Origin: Thermodesulfobacteriota bacterium
Lineage (GTDB): Bacteria; Desulfobacterota; Dissulfuribacteria; Dissulfuribacterales; UBA3076
DNA: 40,086 bases
NCBI GenBank assembly: GCA_034718455.1
Contig: JAYEMY010000121.1
Span: forward strand, 1-40,086
Direction of reading: 5' to 3'
The first letter of the stretch is position 1. Each line of letters starts with the position of its first letter. A model generated the notes under the pieces. The model searched no databases, was not told the DNA's origin, and saw only the letters and a list, made by a program, of their open reading frames with translations. A program made the position numbers and the translations under genes. Of the stretch, positions 39,114 to 40,086 are shown in pieces.

Positions 39114-39266
39114 AGATATCCTGATAATCCCACATTGTGTGAGGGAGGGTCGTGTTGTTTGATTGATTTTAGTGACAATCCTAATCTAAGGGGATAAAGT
39201 CATTATCACTTAATAACCCATAAAAATCATCTTGAAAACCCTTTGAGTCATCATTAGAGTTCTCTT

Positions 39267-40086
39267 ATGACTATAAAAGATCAAGCAAAACAAGGTATAA
39301 TATCCAAACTTATTGAGCGTTGTGCCCTGGACGAGGGTCTGGATCCGCAGATTCTGGTTCAAGCCGTGGGGGCAGGGAAAACGGTAATACCGCATAACAG
39401 GCATTTGGAGCTTACCCGTCCCATGGCTGTGGGAAAAAGGATTTCCACCAAGGTTAATGCAAATATAGGCACTTCAAAGGATCATCCTGAGCTGGAGGCT
39501 GAGATGGAAAAGCTCAAGGTGGCTCTGGAGGCAGGGGCCCACACGATAATGGATCTTTCCACCGGAGGTCCGATAAAAGAGATCCGCCAGGCTATCAGAG
39601 ATGCCTGTCCCGTACCTCTTGGCACAGTTCCTATTTATCAGGCCGCTGTTGAGACCGTGGAGCGGCGCAAGTGCTCAGTGTGCGAAATGGATGTAGACGA
39701 CCTGCTGAGGGTAATTGAGGAACATGGTCAGGAGGGAGTTGACTTCGTGACTATTCACTGCGGGTTGACCCTCAAGGCTGCGGAGCATCTCCGGTTGAAG
39801 GAGCGCGTAATGGGGGTGGTCAGCAGAGGAGGTTCCTTCATCCTGGAGTGGATGATGCACAACCGGAAGGAAAATCCTCTCTTTGAGCATTTTGATGATG
39901 TCCTGGCAATAGCTCGGGAGCACGAGCTCACTTTGAGCCTTGGTGACGGTCTCAGGCCCGGGTGCCTGATGGACGCAACAGACGGCGCACAGGTGCATGA
40001 GCTGATAGTCCTGGGTGAACTCACACTGAGGGCATGGGACGCGGGTGTACAGGTAATAATTGAAGGGCCTGGTCATATGTCAATGG
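39267..40086 (+). CDS. thiC: phosphomethylpyrimidine synthase ThiC, N-terminal ~273 codons (runs off the right edge)
   Basis: This gene is not in the track because it is open-ended. My translation reads MTIKDQAKQGIISKLIERCALDEGLDPQILVQAVGAGKTVIPHN...KVNANIGTS...IMDLSTGG...VPIYQA...DFVTIHCG...VSRGGS...LSLGDGLRPG...EGPGH. The track ORFs 39675..40076 and 39755..40024 (-) are antisense shadows. Confidence 0.9.
   Translation, partial: MTIKDQAKQGIISKLIERCALDEGLDPQILVQAVGAGKTVIPHNRHLELTRPMAVGKRISTKVNANIGTSKDHPELEAEMEKLKVALEAGAHTIMDLSTGGPIKEIRQAIRDACPVPLGTVPIYQAAVETVERRKCSVCEMDVDDLLRVIEEHGQEGVDFVTIHCGLTLKAAEHLRLKERVMGVVSRGGSFILEWMMHNRKENPLFEHFDDVLAIAREHELTLSLGDGLRPGCLMDATDGAQVHELIVLGELTLRAWDAGVQVIIEGPGHMSM

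Noticed and set aside
39114-39266. Possible TPP (THI-box) riboswitch upstream of thiC
   Set aside because: thiC is very often TPP-riboswitch controlled, so I looked for one. There are partial resemblances: CTTGAAAACCCTTTGAG near 39231-39247, and CTGAG...TCCTGAT...AGGGA around 39100-39155. The invariant CUGAGA and ACCUGAUCUGGAUAAUGCCAGCG-type elements and the GGGGUGC pairing partner are not present together in the right order. One of the partial matches also overlaps the VKOR coding start. A covariance-model scan (RF00059) should confirm absence.

Overview
This is a 40-kb chromosomal segment that is mostly housekeeping, with about 30 genes. I found no rRNA genes, tRNA genes or CRISPR arrays. 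The organism looks like a Desulfobacterota/deltaproteobacterium-type genome, but that is inference from gene content only. Recognisable genes, left to right: V/A-type ATPase B (partial) and A, uvrB, an alpha-glucan water dikinase-like dikinase, a MetE-like Zn methyltransferase, rng, ftsK, a cooC-like NTPase overlapping folE2, and a phosphodiesterase-TPR-sulfotransferase fusion. Then come an IPTL-CTERM secreted protein, htpG, cobT, cobU, a DUF1992 protein, recN, a PP-loop ATPase, serS, a HAD hydrolase and a MidA-like methyltransferase. The right end carries dnaN, gyrB, a small Cys-rich protein, rimO, panD, panC, a VKOR-thioredoxin membrane protein and thiC (partial). I did not find a classical defence island or an intact mobile element. 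The unusual content lies between and at the edges of genes. (1) There are several families of foldback repeats. One is a 146-bp element in two copies plus a mini version. Another is a 157-bp element in two 100%-identical inverted copies, each just 5' of a gene start. A third is a set of REP-like heads whose TAA coincides with the stop codon of four ORFs. (2) A 42-codon stub of an SMC/RecF-like AAA ATPase abuts cobU. It is too short for the ORF track. (3) A 16-bp x5.5 tandem repeat lies between the only ATG and the PP-loop motif of one gene. (4) The cooC-like/folE2 pair is translationally coupled and sits behind a perfect 11-bp inverted repeat. (5) A low-GC trough is centred on dnaN, with an extremely AT-rich upstream spacer carrying 11-bp phased repeats. 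(6) A 1.1-kb stretch without convincing ORFs contains a GC-rich, hairpin-dense island. All functional readings are motif-level recognition by eye. No database search was possible.
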